In this document: positions 32,243-42,582 of the stretch, piece after piece
Layout: the number at the start of each line of letters is the position of its first letter
How positions within the stretch are numbered: the first letter of the stretch is position 1
From: Anaerolineae bacterium
Lineage (GTDB): Bacteria; Chloroflexota; Anaerolineae; Aggregatilineales; JAFGMM01
Reading direction: 5' to 3'
NCBI GenBank assembly: GCA_027494055.1
Contig: JAOSJO010000024.1
Location: 40,219 to 104,218, forward strand
Length of the DNA: 64,000 nucleotides
Notes under the pieces: model-generated
What the model was told of the DNA's origin: nothing
Database searches by the model: none
The model's input: only the letters and a program-made list of their open reading frames with translations
Translations under genes and position numbers: made by a program

Positions 32243-33226
32243 ATGCGATGCCTGTTCCTTGTGTTGCTTCTTCCGCTGCTGGCGGGTTGCGGCGCCGTCG
32301 GAGAGCCGGAGCCGTTTGTCCCCAGCCCGCTGCCGCGCCCATCGAGCACGCCGACGCCAACGGCGACGATCACCCCCACGCCCACCAGCACGCCCACAGT
32401 GACGCCTGAACCGGTCGCGCTTGGGCCGGACGCGACGACGGTCTTCGGCCCAACCGAGGCCGCGTTCGCCGCGCCCACCGCCGTGCGCACGGCGGACGGG
32501 CTGCGAATTGAGTATTTCGTCACCTCGAATGACGAGACCGCGCCCGGCGGCAGCGTGACGCTGTTCTGGTCGGCGCTCGGCGCGGAGCGCGCGACCGTCT
32601 ACCGGCTTGACGAAGCCGGGGAACGGGTGCAGTTCTGGGCGGTGAGGCCGCAGGGGCGGTTGGTGGTCGCCACGCGGTTTGAGGACCGCGACACGGCGCG
32701 CTTTGCGCTGGTGGTCGGCGAGGGTGAGGACGAAATCGAGTCCATCCTCGAAATCCCGCTGGTGAGCTGCGTCGAGCCGTGGTTCTTTGCGCCGGCGTCC
32801 ACCGACGTGTGCACGGCCGGCCCGGCGACCTTCACCCAGGCGGCGGAACAGCGCTTCGAGCGCGGGCGCATGATCTGGCTGGCGGCGGAGATGCGCATCT
32901 ACGTGGTGTACGACGACGGCCAGGTCCCCGCCTGGGAGGCGTTCGTGGATGCGTTCGTCGAGGGGGAGACGCCCGAAAGCGCGCCCGAATTCGATAACCC
33001 TCCCGCCGGGTTGATCCAGCCGGTGCGCGGCTTCGGCCTGGTATGGCGCAACAACGAACCCGTCCGCAGCCGCCTGGGCTGGGCCACAGGGCCGGAGGCC
33101 GGCTTCGACGGCGCGGTGCAGGCGAGCCTCGAAGCGGACGGATCGTCGCTGTATATGCGCAGCGTGGACGGCGGCGTCCTGATTCTGGAGCCGGAGGGCG
33201 CGGGCTGGCGCACGCTGGAGCCGTAG
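32243..33226 (+). CDS. Hypothetical lipoprotein
   Basis: LLAGC lipobox, PT-rich linker, AEQRFERGRMIW..QPVRGFGLVW..RLGWA repeat-type domain. Confidence 0.75.
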   Translation: MRCLFLVLLLPLLAGCGAVGEPEPFVPSPLPRPSSTPTPTATITPTPTSTPTVTPEPVALGPDATTVFGPTEAAFAAPTAVRTADGLRIEYFVTSNDETAPGGSVTLFWSALGAERATVYRLDEAGERVQFWAVRPQGRLVVATRFEDRDTARFALVVGEGEDEIESILEIPLVSCVEPWFFAPASTDVCTAGPATFTQAAEQRFERGRMIWLAAEMRIYVVYDDGQVPAWEAFVDAFVEGETPESAPEFDNPPAGLIQPVRGFGLVWRNNEPVRSRLGWATGPEAGFDGAVQASLEADGSSLYMRSVDGGVLILEPEGAGWRTLEP

Positions 33227-33296
33227 GCGATTCAACCCTGGACGTGTTACGATATAACGATATTGGGAGTGTAGTTGATGAGGCTTATTACAGCGC

Positions 33297-34562
33297 ATGA
33301 GTGGCCCCACGGTACGTCCCGATCCCCCGCCCGATTACAGCACCCGCGTCGCTGAGGCCGCCCGACGCGCGCACGCGACTGAGCATCTCCCGTATCCCGA
33401 ACCGGATACGGCGGGCGTCGTCGTCAACGAGGGCCTGCTGGCGCAGCTCTACGAGGCTGTGAGCGCGGTCTTTGAGATTCACAGCTTCATTCGCCAACCG
33501 AACACGCGCGTTTCGGCGCGCTTTGACGGGACGCTGCGCATCGACTCCGAGGCGGCGTATGCGCAACTCGACGCCGCGTTCGCGCCGCTGGCGCACACGC
33601 CCATCTTCCGCGAGGAAGACGGCCGGCCGGTCATCCTCGCGATGCGCGGGCGCTACGCGCCGAAGCCATGGCCGGTGTGGCCCAACATCGCGCTCCTGAT
33701 CCTGACCGTCATCAGCATGTTGTCCGTCGGCGCGAGCATCGAGATGGCGCAGCGCAACATGCCGGTCAACGACCTGGCGGACATCTACGGCAACCTGCTG
33801 TTGGGCTGGCCTTACGCGCTGAGCCTTACGCTCATCCTCGGCGCGCACGAGATGGGGCACTTCATCGCGGCGCGGCGCAACAACGTCCCGGCGTCGTGGC
33901 CCTACTTCATCCCGCTCCCGTATCCGATCAGCATCTTTGGGACGCTCGGCGCGGTCATCATCCAGCGCACGCCGCCGAGGAACGCGCGCCAGTCCTTCGA
34001 TGTTGGCATCGCGGGGCCGCTGGCGGGGCTGATCTTCGCCGTGCCGATTCTGCTGATTGGGCTGGCGACCAGCCCGGTCGAGCCGGTACCCTCCGGGCCT
34101 TACATGCTCGAAGGGAACTCGCTCCTCTACGCGCTGAGCAAGTTTGCCGTATTTGGTCGCTTCCTGCCGGGCGGCGGCGAGGATGTCGTCATCAACCAGT
34201 TGGCGCAGGCCGGCTGGACCGGGCTGTTCGTCACCGGGCTGAACCTGATCCCGGTGGGCCAGCTTGACGGCGGGCACGTGCTCTATGCGCTGGTGGGAGA
34301 GCGGGCGCGGCGGCTCTACTTCCCCGCAATGGCGGTCATGCTCGCGCTCGCGGTGGTGGTTTCGCAGGCGTGGCTGCTGTGGGTGTTCCTGCTGTTCCTC
34401 TTTGGGCGCGTGTACATCCCGCCGTTCGACACCGTGACGCGGGTGGACCGAATGCGGCAGGTTGCCGCGCTCGCGGTGATGGTGATCTTCTTCCTGGTGT
34501 TTGTCCCCAACCCAATGCAGGTCGTGATTCCGGAGGCGTCGCCTATCTTCCCGTCGGTGTAG
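33297..34562 (+). CDS. Site-2 protease (M50 family)
   Basis: HEMGH, GIAGPLAG, NLIPVGQLDGGH. Confidence 0.95.
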   Translation: MSGPTVRPDPPPDYSTRVAEAARRAHATEHLPYPEPDTAGVVVNEGLLAQLYEAVSAVFEIHSFIRQPNTRVSARFDGTLRIDSEAAYAQLDAAFAPLAHTPIFREEDGRPVILAMRGRYAPKPWPVWPNIALLILTVISMLSVGASIEMAQRNMPVNDLADIYGNLLLGWPYALSLTLILGAHEMGHFIAARRNNVPASWPYFIPLPYPISIFGTLGAVIIQRTPPRNARQSFDVGIAGPLAGLIFAVPILLIGLATSPVEPVPSGPYMLEGNSLLYALSKFAVFGRFLPGGGEDVVINQLAQAGWTGLFVTGLNLIPVGQLDGGHVLYALVGERARRLYFPAMAVMLALAVVVSQAWLLWVFLLFLFGRVYIPPFDTVTRVDRMRQVAALAVMVIFFLVFVPNPMQVVIPEASPIFPSV

Positions 34563-34633
34563 GCCCGTCGCCCGGAACGCGCGATAGACGGCCAGACGGC
34601 CCCTGATGCGATTTCCACTCAATAAAATGGAAA

Positions 34634-34706
34634 TACCCCCGGACGGATTCGAACCGCCGACGCCCGGTTTAGGAAACCGGCGCTCTATCCTCTGAGCTAC
34701 GGGGGC
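34634..34706 (-). tRNA. tRNA-Arg (CCT)
   Basis: GCCCCCGTAGCTCAGAGGATAGAGCG CCGGT-TT-CCT-AA-ACCGG ..GGTTCGAATCC..GGGGGTA. Confidence 0.96.
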
Positions 34707-34742
34707 TAGCGGCGTCATTATAGCATGGTGGCATGGGGGAGG

Positions 34743-35369
34743 CTATACCTCGGCGTAGGGCAGCGTGGGCGGCGGCGTGGGCGCGTTGGGGTCGATGGTT
34801 GGCGTGGGCGTCGGCGTATAGGTCGGCGCGCGGGTGCGCGTGGGCGGGAGCGTGTTCGTCGGGCCGGGTGTGACCGTCGGCAGCGGCGTGTTCGTGATCG
34901 TGGGTTCGAGCGTCGGGTCGATTGGGGCGATGACGTTGCGGTGCATGTAGCCCAGGTCGCGCGAACGGCGCTCCACGTCCAGTTCGACCTCGTACCAGTC
35001 GGAGTCGGGACTCAGGTGGCGCAGGACACAGATTTCGCTGCCGTAGGTGAAGGCGGTCTTGACGCTGCACGTTTCGTCGGGGCAACTGCGCACGAGCGCG
35101 GAGTCGACCGTGACGTAGAACCGGTCGCAGGGCGGCGGCGGCGTCCAGGTCGGCGGGAACGTGGGGAGCAAGAAGGTGGTCGGGGGCACGGCGGCGGTCC
35201 GGGTGGCCCTGACCTGCTCCGTCGCCGCCGCGATGATGGCTTCGCCGCCCTCGCGCATGTAGTTGGTGACGCCGTTCCAGAGCGCGTAGCAGCCAAAGAC
35301 CAGCATCGCGCCCACGAGGATTATCAGGATCAGCGGCGGGTTGTCCGAACCGCTCCTTCTGCTGTACAT
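34743..35369 (-). CDS. Membrane-anchored SH3-like/PT-rich protein
   Basis: N-terminal TM, ALVRSCPDETCSV..WYEV..GYMH SH3b-like segment, PT repeats. Confidence 0.6.
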   Translation of the reverse strand: MYSRRSGSDNPPLILIILVGAMLVFGCYALWNGVTNYMREGGEAIIAAATEQVRATRTAAVPPTTFLLPTFPPTWTPPPPCDRFYVTVDSALVRSCPDETCSVKTAFTYGSEICVLRHLSPDSDWYEVELDVERRSRDLGYMHRNVIAPIDPTLEPTITNTPLPTVTPGPTNTLPPTRTRAPTYTPTPTPTIDPNAPTPPPTLPYAEV

Positions 35370-35387
35370 CTCCAGTAACCGCGACGC

Positions 35388-36472
35388 TCACCCGTCCACG
35401 GAGAGCAACTCGTATACCATGATCGGCTCGCGCTTGCCGGCGAACGTGTGCGGCGCAAGCGGCTTTGCCGTGATGTACCGCTCGACGAGCCGGTACGTGT
35501 CGGCGCTGATGAGAATCTGGCCCGCGCCGGCGCTCTGCTGCAAGCGCCGGGCGGTGTTGACGGTGTCGCCGATCACGGTGTAGCTCATCACGTACTCCGA
35601 GCCGACGTTGCCGACCACCGCGTCGCCGCTGTGCACGCCAATCCCCAGCCCCAGACGGCTCAGCATTCCGCCGCCAACGCGGTCCACGATCTGCGCAAAG
35701 ACCTCCTGCATCTGGAGCGACATCCGGATTGCGCGCAGCGGGTCGTCGTCGTGGGCGACGGGCGCGCCGAAGAAGGCCATGATCTCGTCACCGATGTATT
35801 TATCGAGCGTGCCCTGGTTGGATTTGATCACGGCGGTGAGCTTCGAGAACAGGAAGTTGATCGTCTGCACCACCTGCTGCGGCGGGTGTTGTTCGGCAAA
35901 GGCGGTGAAGCCGCGAATGTCGGCGAACACGACGGTGACAAAGCGGTTATCGCCGCCGAGGCGCAGGTATCGCTCCGGGTCCTCAAGGATGGTGTCGGCG
36001 ATGCCCTCATCGACATAGCGGGTGAAGAGCTGGCGCAACAGCGCGTTCCGCGCCTCCAGCTCGTCGTGCAACTGCTTGATGCGCAGCAGCGAGCGGACGC
36101 GCGCCAGCAGCATATAGGAACTGAACGGCTTGGTGACGAAATCGTCCGCGCCGACCTCGATGGCCTTGATTTTGTCCTCCTCCGCTTCCAACGCGGTCAC
36201 CATCACCACCGGGATGAACTGCGTGGCCGGGTTGCGCTTCAACTGGGCGCACACTTCGTAGCCGTTCATGCCGGGCAGGTTCACGTCGAGGAGGACGAGG
36301 TCGGGGGCGTCTCGGTGGCGATTTCGAGGGCCTTTGCGCCGTCATAGGCCGTGACGACATCGCAGTCGGCGTTGAGCAGGTACGTCTCGATCAGTTCGCG
36401 GTTCAACCAATCGTCGTCAACGACGAGCACCCGCTGTCTGCGCCCGCTGGTGGCGCTTTTAAGGTCTGTCAT
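35388..36472 (-). CDS. Response regulator fused to class III adenylate/guanylate cyclase (frameshift near 36300)
   Basis: VLVVDDD receiver; FADIRGFT, DKYIGDEIMAFFG, YTVIGDTVNTARRL. Confidence 0.92.
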
Positions 36473-36573
36473 CTTCCGGTAAGTTCATGGCGCAATGATA
36501 CCCCGGCGCTGGGTTCTTCGCGCCTATTCTAAGCGCGACGGGGTTCGATTGCCAAGTTTCTATGCGCGCGCCG

Positions 36574-37497
36574 TCATTCGCTGATGTAGGCGATGACGAT
36601 GTCGCCGAAGGTGGCGCCGACGTTGAGGTTGGTGCGGATCTCGTCCATGCGGAAGCCCTCGGTGATCCACTCGCCGGTGGCAAGCTGCTGGAAGCCGGTG
36701 GGGATCTGCAGGCCGCCGCCGACCCCGCGCGTGATCTTGATGACCACCGGGATCGATGCGGGGATGTGCACGCGCACGTCGCCCTGGCCGGTCGCGATGT
36801 CGCCGATCAGGCTGCCCGCGTCGGGGAGGGTGACGGTCACATCGCCCAGGCTGGCGCGCACGTCCAGGCGGGGGCGCACATCGACGCGGCTCAGGTCGAG
36901 GGTGATGTTGCCCACGTTGCCATTGATGTCGAGCGTCATCGGCTGTTCGGGCGGCAGGTGCAGCGTGAGGCGGTTGCTGCCGAAGTCCTCCAGCAGGGGG
37001 ATCGGGTTCACGTTCTGCTCGGTGATGCGCAGGTCGCCCTGCGTGCCCCGGCGTGTATACGACACGTCCAGGGCGTTCTCGGTGCTGCCGCTGAACTCGC
37101 CGGTCACCCGGCCTGTCGCCTCCTCCTGCGCGTCGATGGTCAGCTCGGTCAGGCTCAGGTCGAGCGTGAGCGCGATGTCGCCGGCGTCCTGCAGGTCAAC
37201 GTCGATGGTCTGGCGGTTGGCGTCGGCGACGACGAGCGCCTGGCGCGTGTAGCCGGCGGCGAAGACGACGACGACGAGCGCAAAGACCGCGATCACGAGC
37301 AGCGCGACCGTGGTGGGCGTGCGGCGGCTCACCAGCGCCGCCAGGCCGAAGATGATGAGCAGCAACGGCCACAGCCGCACCAGCAGGTCCCAGAGGTAGG
37401 CCGGCATCACGCCGAGCGCCTGCAACAGCATGACGACGCCGATGAAGATCAGCAGCAGGGGCCAGAAGTAGTTGCGCTTTTGCCCAAGCACGGTCAC
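36574..37497 (-). CDS. LiaF/DUF5668-like envelope-stress membrane protein
   Basis: FWPLLLIFIGV..LWPLLLIIFGL N-terminus; beta-rich GNITLDLS/GDVTVTLP repeats. Confidence 0.75.
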   Translation of the reverse strand: MTVLGQKRNYFWPLLLIFIGVVMLLQALGVMPAYLWDLLVRLWPLLLIIFGLAALVSRRTPTTVALLVIAVFALVVVVFAAGYTRQALVVADANRQTIDVDLQDAGDIALTLDLSLTELTIDAQEEATGRVTGEFSGSTENALDVSYTRRGTQGDLRITEQNVNPIPLLEDFGSNRLTLHLPPEQPMTLDINGNVGNITLDLSRVDVRPRLDVRASLGDVTVTLPDAGSLIGDIATGQGDVRVHIPASIPVVIKITRGVGGGLQIPTGFQQLATGEWITEGFRMDEIRTNLNVGATFGDIVIAYISE

Positions 37498-37930
37498 ACC
37501 CCCGCGCCTGACGCCACAGCAGCGCCAGGCCAATCGACAGCGCCGCCACCGGCCAGAAGAGGTCCCCCGCCGGGACCGGCAGCACGTCTGAAAGCAGGAC
37601 GAGCAGCGCGACGCCGAGCAGCATCGCGGCAATTGCGAAGATCACCTGCCCCATGCTGCTCCCACGCGCGGCGCGCAGCGGGGTTGGGTTCGGCGGGTCG
37701 CCGGGGCGCACCGTTTCCAGCGCCGGCAGCGCGTCGAGGGTCTCTTGCGGCAGCACGATCCACAACACGATGTAAAGCAGCACGCCATAGCCGCCTGTGG
37801 TCGGCGCCATGATGATGAACAGCAGCCGGACCCACAGCGGATTCAGCCCGATGTACGCGCCGATCCCGCCGCACACACCGGCGAAGACGCGGTCGGTCAT
37901 GCTGCGCGCAAGCCTGCCAGTTCGCTCCAT
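37494..37930 (-). CDS. PspC domain protein (end frameshifted)
   Basis: RLARSMTDRVFAGVCGGIGAYIG..WVRLLF..YIVLWIVLP. Confidence 0.9.
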
Positions 37931-38034
37931 GCGCCCCATCCTCGTGAGCAGGTACGGTAGTAATAGTATGTCGGAGACGCTTTTAGCGCAACTGGGAGTT
38001 GTCGCTGCGGGCCAAAGCCCGCTATGATACCGAC

Positions 38035-38568
38035 ATGTGGACCTTGCTGACTCTCGGCGCGCTGCTGGCGGCGCTGCTCGCGCTTGGGGCTGCGCTGCAC
38101 ATGCGGCGGCGCAGGTGGCGCAGCGCGCTGCTGCGTGGGGGCGCGGCGCTCGTGTGCGGCATGGCGTGCGGCGTGCTGGCGTTCAGCGTGCTGACGCGCA
38201 TCCCCGCCGAGCTGGACTGGCTTTTTGCGTACAACTATCCCCGGCTCGCCGACGACCCTGACGCTGCCTACGACGAGACGCTCGTGACGCACAAGGGCAC
38301 GGTCGTCGATGAGCTGTGGGCGCGCGCGCTGCGCCCGGAGGGGCAACGCGCGGCGTGCTACAGCGATGACGCGACCGTCTGCGCGCTGGCGGACCGGGCG
38401 GCGGCGCTCGCCGCCGAGGAGTACGGCCTCAATCGCGGCACGGGCTTCTACGGGCTGCGGGCGTGGCTTGGCGTGGGCTTCGGCCTGGCCGGCGCGGTGG
38501 CGCTGTGGTACCTGGCGCGTCCGCGCCCTGACGCGGACGCGCCGCCCGATGACGCTAACACCGGCTGA
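38035..38568 (+). CDS. Hypothetical membrane protein
   Basis: Three hydrophobic segments, coding-like composition. Confidence 0.6.
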   Translation: MWTLLTLGALLAALLALGAALHMRRRRWRSALLRGGAALVCGMACGVLAFSVLTRIPAELDWLFAYNYPRLADDPDAAYDETLVTHKGTVVDELWARALRPEGQRAACYSDDATVCALADRAAALAAEEYGLNRGTGFYGLRAWLGVGFGLAGAVALWYLARPRPDADAPPDDANTG

Positions 38569-38589
38569 ATGGCCGCGCGCCCCGCGCGG

Positions 38590-39652
38590 TCACGCATACG
38601 ACCCTAATTCCTTCGCCAGATTCACTATGTAGCGGAAGTTCTCCAGGCTCACGCTCGACGGTATGGGAGTGGTCCGAGGCGAAGATGTAGCCGCCGTTTT
38701 CCTTGACCACGGGGATCACCTGGCGCATCTCCGCCGCGATGGCGTCCCGGTCGTCCCAGAGCACGGCGTTGATCCCGCCGTGGAGCAGGAGTTGGTCGCC
38801 ATACGTCCGCTTGACGTGAATGGGGTCCATGCCGGCCTTGACTTCCAGGGGGTTCAACCCGTCGAGGCCGATCTCGATCAGCTCCGGGAGGAACGGGTTG
38901 ACGTCGCCGCACGAGTGCAGCCGCGCCTTGATGCCCTTCGCGTGCGCCCAGTCGATGGCGCGCTTGTGCACCGGCTGAGCAGTTCGCGGTAGGTGCTGAG
39001 CGAGAAGAACTGGCGGCGCTTGTAGCCCATGTCGTCAGGCCAGGTGACGCCGTCGAAGGTGTAGCCCGCGTCCCACACCTGTTCCAGCAGCGCGATGCCG
39101 ACATCGAGGAAGTGGTTGAACATGTCCTGGCACCACTCCGGCTCGGTGACGAGCGCCATCAGCAGCCGTTCGGTGCCGACGGTCCACGAGTGGGTGACAT
39201 CGAAGCCGAACCACAGGCCGGCTTCGATCCACGCGCCCTGCTCGCGCCACTTCTTGTAGTTCGCCTTCAGCCGCTCCCACCGGATGCGGTCGGGTGTGGG
39301 CGTCATGCGCGCTTTCGCTTTGCGCCACGCATCGGGGTTCGTGATCGTGAAGTCGAGGAACTCCGGCGTGGAGGCGATGTGCTTCCAGTTCTTGAGCGTC
39401 GCACCCCAAGATGTCTTCTCGATGATGTACTCCTCGGTCTCCTCGACGATCTGCGACGGGAACCGGGGGGCTGTTGTCCACGCCGATGGTGGGCATGGGG
39501 TCGAGGCCGAAGTACTCGATGTAACTCACGTCCGCGGGCATCCCCTCGCTTTGCCAGCGGGCGATGGTGGCGTCCCACGGATAGTCGTTGATCGGCACGC
39601 GGTCGGCCTCGCGGTGCTCAAACATCCGTAACACGCGCTCGTGGGTGTTCAA
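38590..39652 (-). CDS. Uroporphyrinogen decarboxylase/MtaA-CmuA superfamily protein (several frameshifts)
   Basis: ADRVP, DDMGY, LHSCGDV, NPLEVKAGMD, GGYIFASDHS. Confidence 0.85.
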
Positions 39653-39710
39653 TTGGCGGCTCCTTGTATGGTGGAAGTGGGATTGTGTGCTCTAGATGCA
39701 TTCTACCGTT

Positions 39711-40827
39711 TCATCGGCTTCGAATAAAGTAAAATCGCTCGATAAGCCGGTCTTCTGGTTTCTCTTCACCAGAAGCTATTTTCCCAAGGTCTGATCCATC
39801 CAAGAAAGCCAACCTGAGACCTTTTTCCCTTTGGATTTGCATTTCTAGCTCAGCGTCAGCGCTCAAGTGTACTCGTGCTAATAATCAGTCCAACATCACC
39901 AGGGGTGAGCTTCACCTGCCAGTTTCGAGACGACTGCCGAACCTACAGGATCAGCGACGTTCTTGCATTCAACGAGTAAAGGTCCACCGAGTCCGGCGTT
40001 CATGAGAATCGAACTCTGGTTTATCACAAGAAGATCTATCTCATCTGTGACTCTTCGCTTGTCTGCACTATGAACCTTCAAACCAGGTATTCTCTCCATA
40101 ATCGTTCGTGCCAGTTTTTCCAGAGTCTCCTTCTTTTGATGATTGGTTGCGGCTCTTTTGCGGCATCAAGCTGCTCTTGGACTCCATACAACCAGAGTTG
40201 GTTAAGGGGGTTCTTGGAGGTTCGAGCTTCTAGATATTTCGGGTCAAGATGAATACCCCCGAAAATCTGCCCCTTGGAAACTGGCACCCTCAATGCGTGT
40301 GTGTATTGGTCCGGATTTCCCATACCTGGAACCAGCATTAGTGTTGCTTTGCCTACACGAGCACCTTGAAGCTTCGCATGATTGAAAGAGGAGTTTCTCA
40401 AGTCAGCGGAGAGCAGATTGGCATTCTGCAGATTTGCGCCACCGAGTATGCAGTTTGTGAAGTGTGTGAGGGTAGCCTCTATCTCGCTTAGATCAGCTTC
40501 TATGAAATTGCATCCCTCAAATGCTGCCATATCCATCCAGGCTCGACTAAGATTCGTTCGGTTGAATGAGCAATGGTGAGCCGTAAATCCCCGCAGAGCA
40601 GCGCCATTCAGGTCAAGATTCGAGAGATCCAGACCTACAACGGTTACCCCCTCGAAACTGTTTCCTGCTTGATATTCTTGGACGAATTTCTCACGAGTTT
40701 TTGGGAGTCGACTGTGCCAATAGCACAAACCGCCCGCAATTGAAAGGCCAGGGCGGTGGCAATAATTCCCATATCTGCCGTTGTACTGACACTCTCCAGG
40801 CTGAGGCGGGGCCATATTCATTATCAT
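39711..40827 (-). CDS. Pentapeptide-repeat protein fused to Mrr-like PD-(D/E)xK nuclease domain (frameshifted, low GC)
   Basis: ANLQNANLLSADLRNS repeats; downstream frames EIDLLV..LVECKN..VG..GLIIST..FLDGSDL; stop at 39711. Confidence 0.65.
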
Positions 40828-40930
40828 CTCATCACCTATGTCAGCATTTTGAGCATTGAGAAGAGAATGCTCCAGCGGGAACTGACTAAGGATATTCTGG
40901 CTTGAGTATACGATTATGTCAAGATACAAT

Positions 40931-40988
40931 CTTCTCCACCACCAGAGAGTGACTCAGCCCGAACACGCGCAGCGGCGTCCCTCCGCCC
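40931..40988. repeat. Direct repeat copy 1 (duplicate of the methyltransferase gene 3' end)
   Basis: 56/58 nt identical to 41839-41896. Confidence 0.95.
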
Positions 40989-41001
40989 AACAGGGCTGTT
41001 G

Positions 41002-41742
41002 TCATTTCACGCTTGCAAAGAAATCCAGCCACATATGGCCCGTCGTCATGCGAACTTCGGGATGCGCCGCGCTGAATTCGTGCAGACGCGGCGCGTGGGG
41101 TCCCAAAACGAGATGCACCAGCAACCCCGGCACGGACTCGTCCAGGCCCATCGGTGCTGCATCAGCAACGTGAAAGAGCCAACCGGTGTCGGCGTGAACG
41201 ACAACCCCACAGTGGCCGCGCGTGTGTCCGAAAAGCGGCACCAGCCACATCTCCGGTTCGAAAGGCAGACGAGCCGCCTCGAAGTCGAGCCAACGCGCTG
41301 TGGTATCGTCGTAGAGTTCGAACTGCGGCCCGTGGGCGACGTGTCGGCGCACGTATGCCAGATCGGTCCAGCGGCGCGGGCGTCCCATAAATGCTTCATA
41401 CTCACGACGGTGAACGTGCACTCTGGCATGAGGAAAGTCCGGCAGGCCGCCGCAGTGATCGAAATGCATGTGGGTCAGCACAATGTGCCTTACATCCTCT
41501 GGCCTGTAACCGAGGCGCCCGATCTGGCGCACGGCGGCCTCTTCCGGGTTCATGGGCACAATTGAAACCGCCTGAAATGTGCGCAGGACACCCGTTCTGT
41601 GCACATAATCATCCTGCCCGAGACCGGTGTCCACCAGGACAAGCCCCTGGTTGGTTTCGATCAACAGGCAGAGCGTCCCACTTTGCCAGTGTGCGGGCAC
41701 GCGCGCGTTGCAGGTGAAACAGTTCAGGAAATGAATGGTCAT
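41002..41742 (-). CDS. Metallo-beta-lactamase fold hydrolase (AHL-lactonase-like)
   Basis: LVLVDTG, THMHFDHCGG, GHTRGH, ADAA, TGH. Confidence 0.9.
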   Translation of the reverse strand: MTIHFLNCFTCNARVPAHWQSGTLCLLIETNQGLVLVDTGLGQDDYVHRTGVLRTFQAVSIVPMNPEEAAVRQIGRLGYRPEDVRHIVLTHMHFDHCGGLPDFPHARVHVHRREYEAFMGRPRRWTDLAYVRRHVAHGPQFELYDDTTARWLDFEAARLPFEPEMWLVPLFGHTRGHCGVVVHADTGWLFHVADAAPMGLDESVPGLLVHLVLGPHAPRLHEFSAAHPEVRMTTGHMWLDFFASVK

Positions 41743-41805
41743 GGAGTCCCTTCTGGCTCATGCCTGTTCACTGTGGGGATAACACCCGTGCAACGGCGGG
41801 CCTCC

Positions 41806-42582
41806 TCAGGATGGCTTCACCGGCGCGTGAGATGCGCCCTTCTCCACCACCAGGAAGTGACTCAGCCCGAACACGCGCAGCGGCGTCCCTCCGCCCGGTA
41901 GAGCGCGCCGCGCAGCAGCCGGCCCAGGCGCGGCGACCGCGCGGCGATGTTGTCATAGCCGCCGAAGATCCGCCCGTGATGCACCACGCACACCGGCGCG
42001 CCATCGAAGAGGCGGCGCAGCCCGCGCGCCGTGTAGACGCGCACGTGCGGCGCGAGCCGGTCGCGCAGCGGGTCGGGCAGCCAGTTGATGAGCGGCGTGT
42101 TGCCGAAGTGGTAGACCCCGCGCCAGTAGTGGCCGTGCGTCTCGAACGGGTAGCCCCGGTTCGGCGCAAAGACCACGATCCGCCCGCCGGGCCGCGTCAC
42201 GCGCACCATCTCGCGCACGGCGGCGCGGTCGTCGGCCACGTGCTCGATCACCTCATTGGAGATCACCACGTCGAACGCATCCGGCGGGTAGGGGAGGCGC
42301 TCGGCGGCGGCGACGAGGGCGTGCGGCGTGTCAACGCGCGCCTGGGCCACGCGCGCCGGCTCGATGTCGAAGGCCTCGACGTGCGGCGTGAAGCGGCGGC
42401 GTATCTGGCTGACGTACATCCCGACGCCGCAGCCGGCCTCCAGCACGCGCGCGCCGGCCAGCGGCGCAAAGCGGTCGATCAGCGCCAGGCGGCGCTCCTG
42501 GCCGCTGCGCCACACGTAGCTCGGCTCGCCGCGCTGCGCGGCTCTGCGCCGAGTGGCGCTCAGTACCAGTCGAGGCCGGCAA
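41806..42582 (-). CDS. Class I SAM-dependent methyltransferase (frameshifted; start uncertain)
   Basis: RGEPSYVWRSGQERRL, VLEAGCGVG, EVIEHV, RPGG..APNRGYPFETHG, PLRVFGLSHFLVVEK. Confidence 0.85.
41839..41896. repeat. Direct repeat copy 2 (within the methyltransferase 3' end)
   Basis: cttctccaccaccaggaagtgactcagcccgaacacgcgcagcggcgtccctccgccc. Confidence 0.95.

Noticed and set aside
34620-34720. tRNA-Arg or tRNA-Gln as integration sites
   Set aside because: No duplicated tRNA 3' ends or adjacent integrase found in the window.
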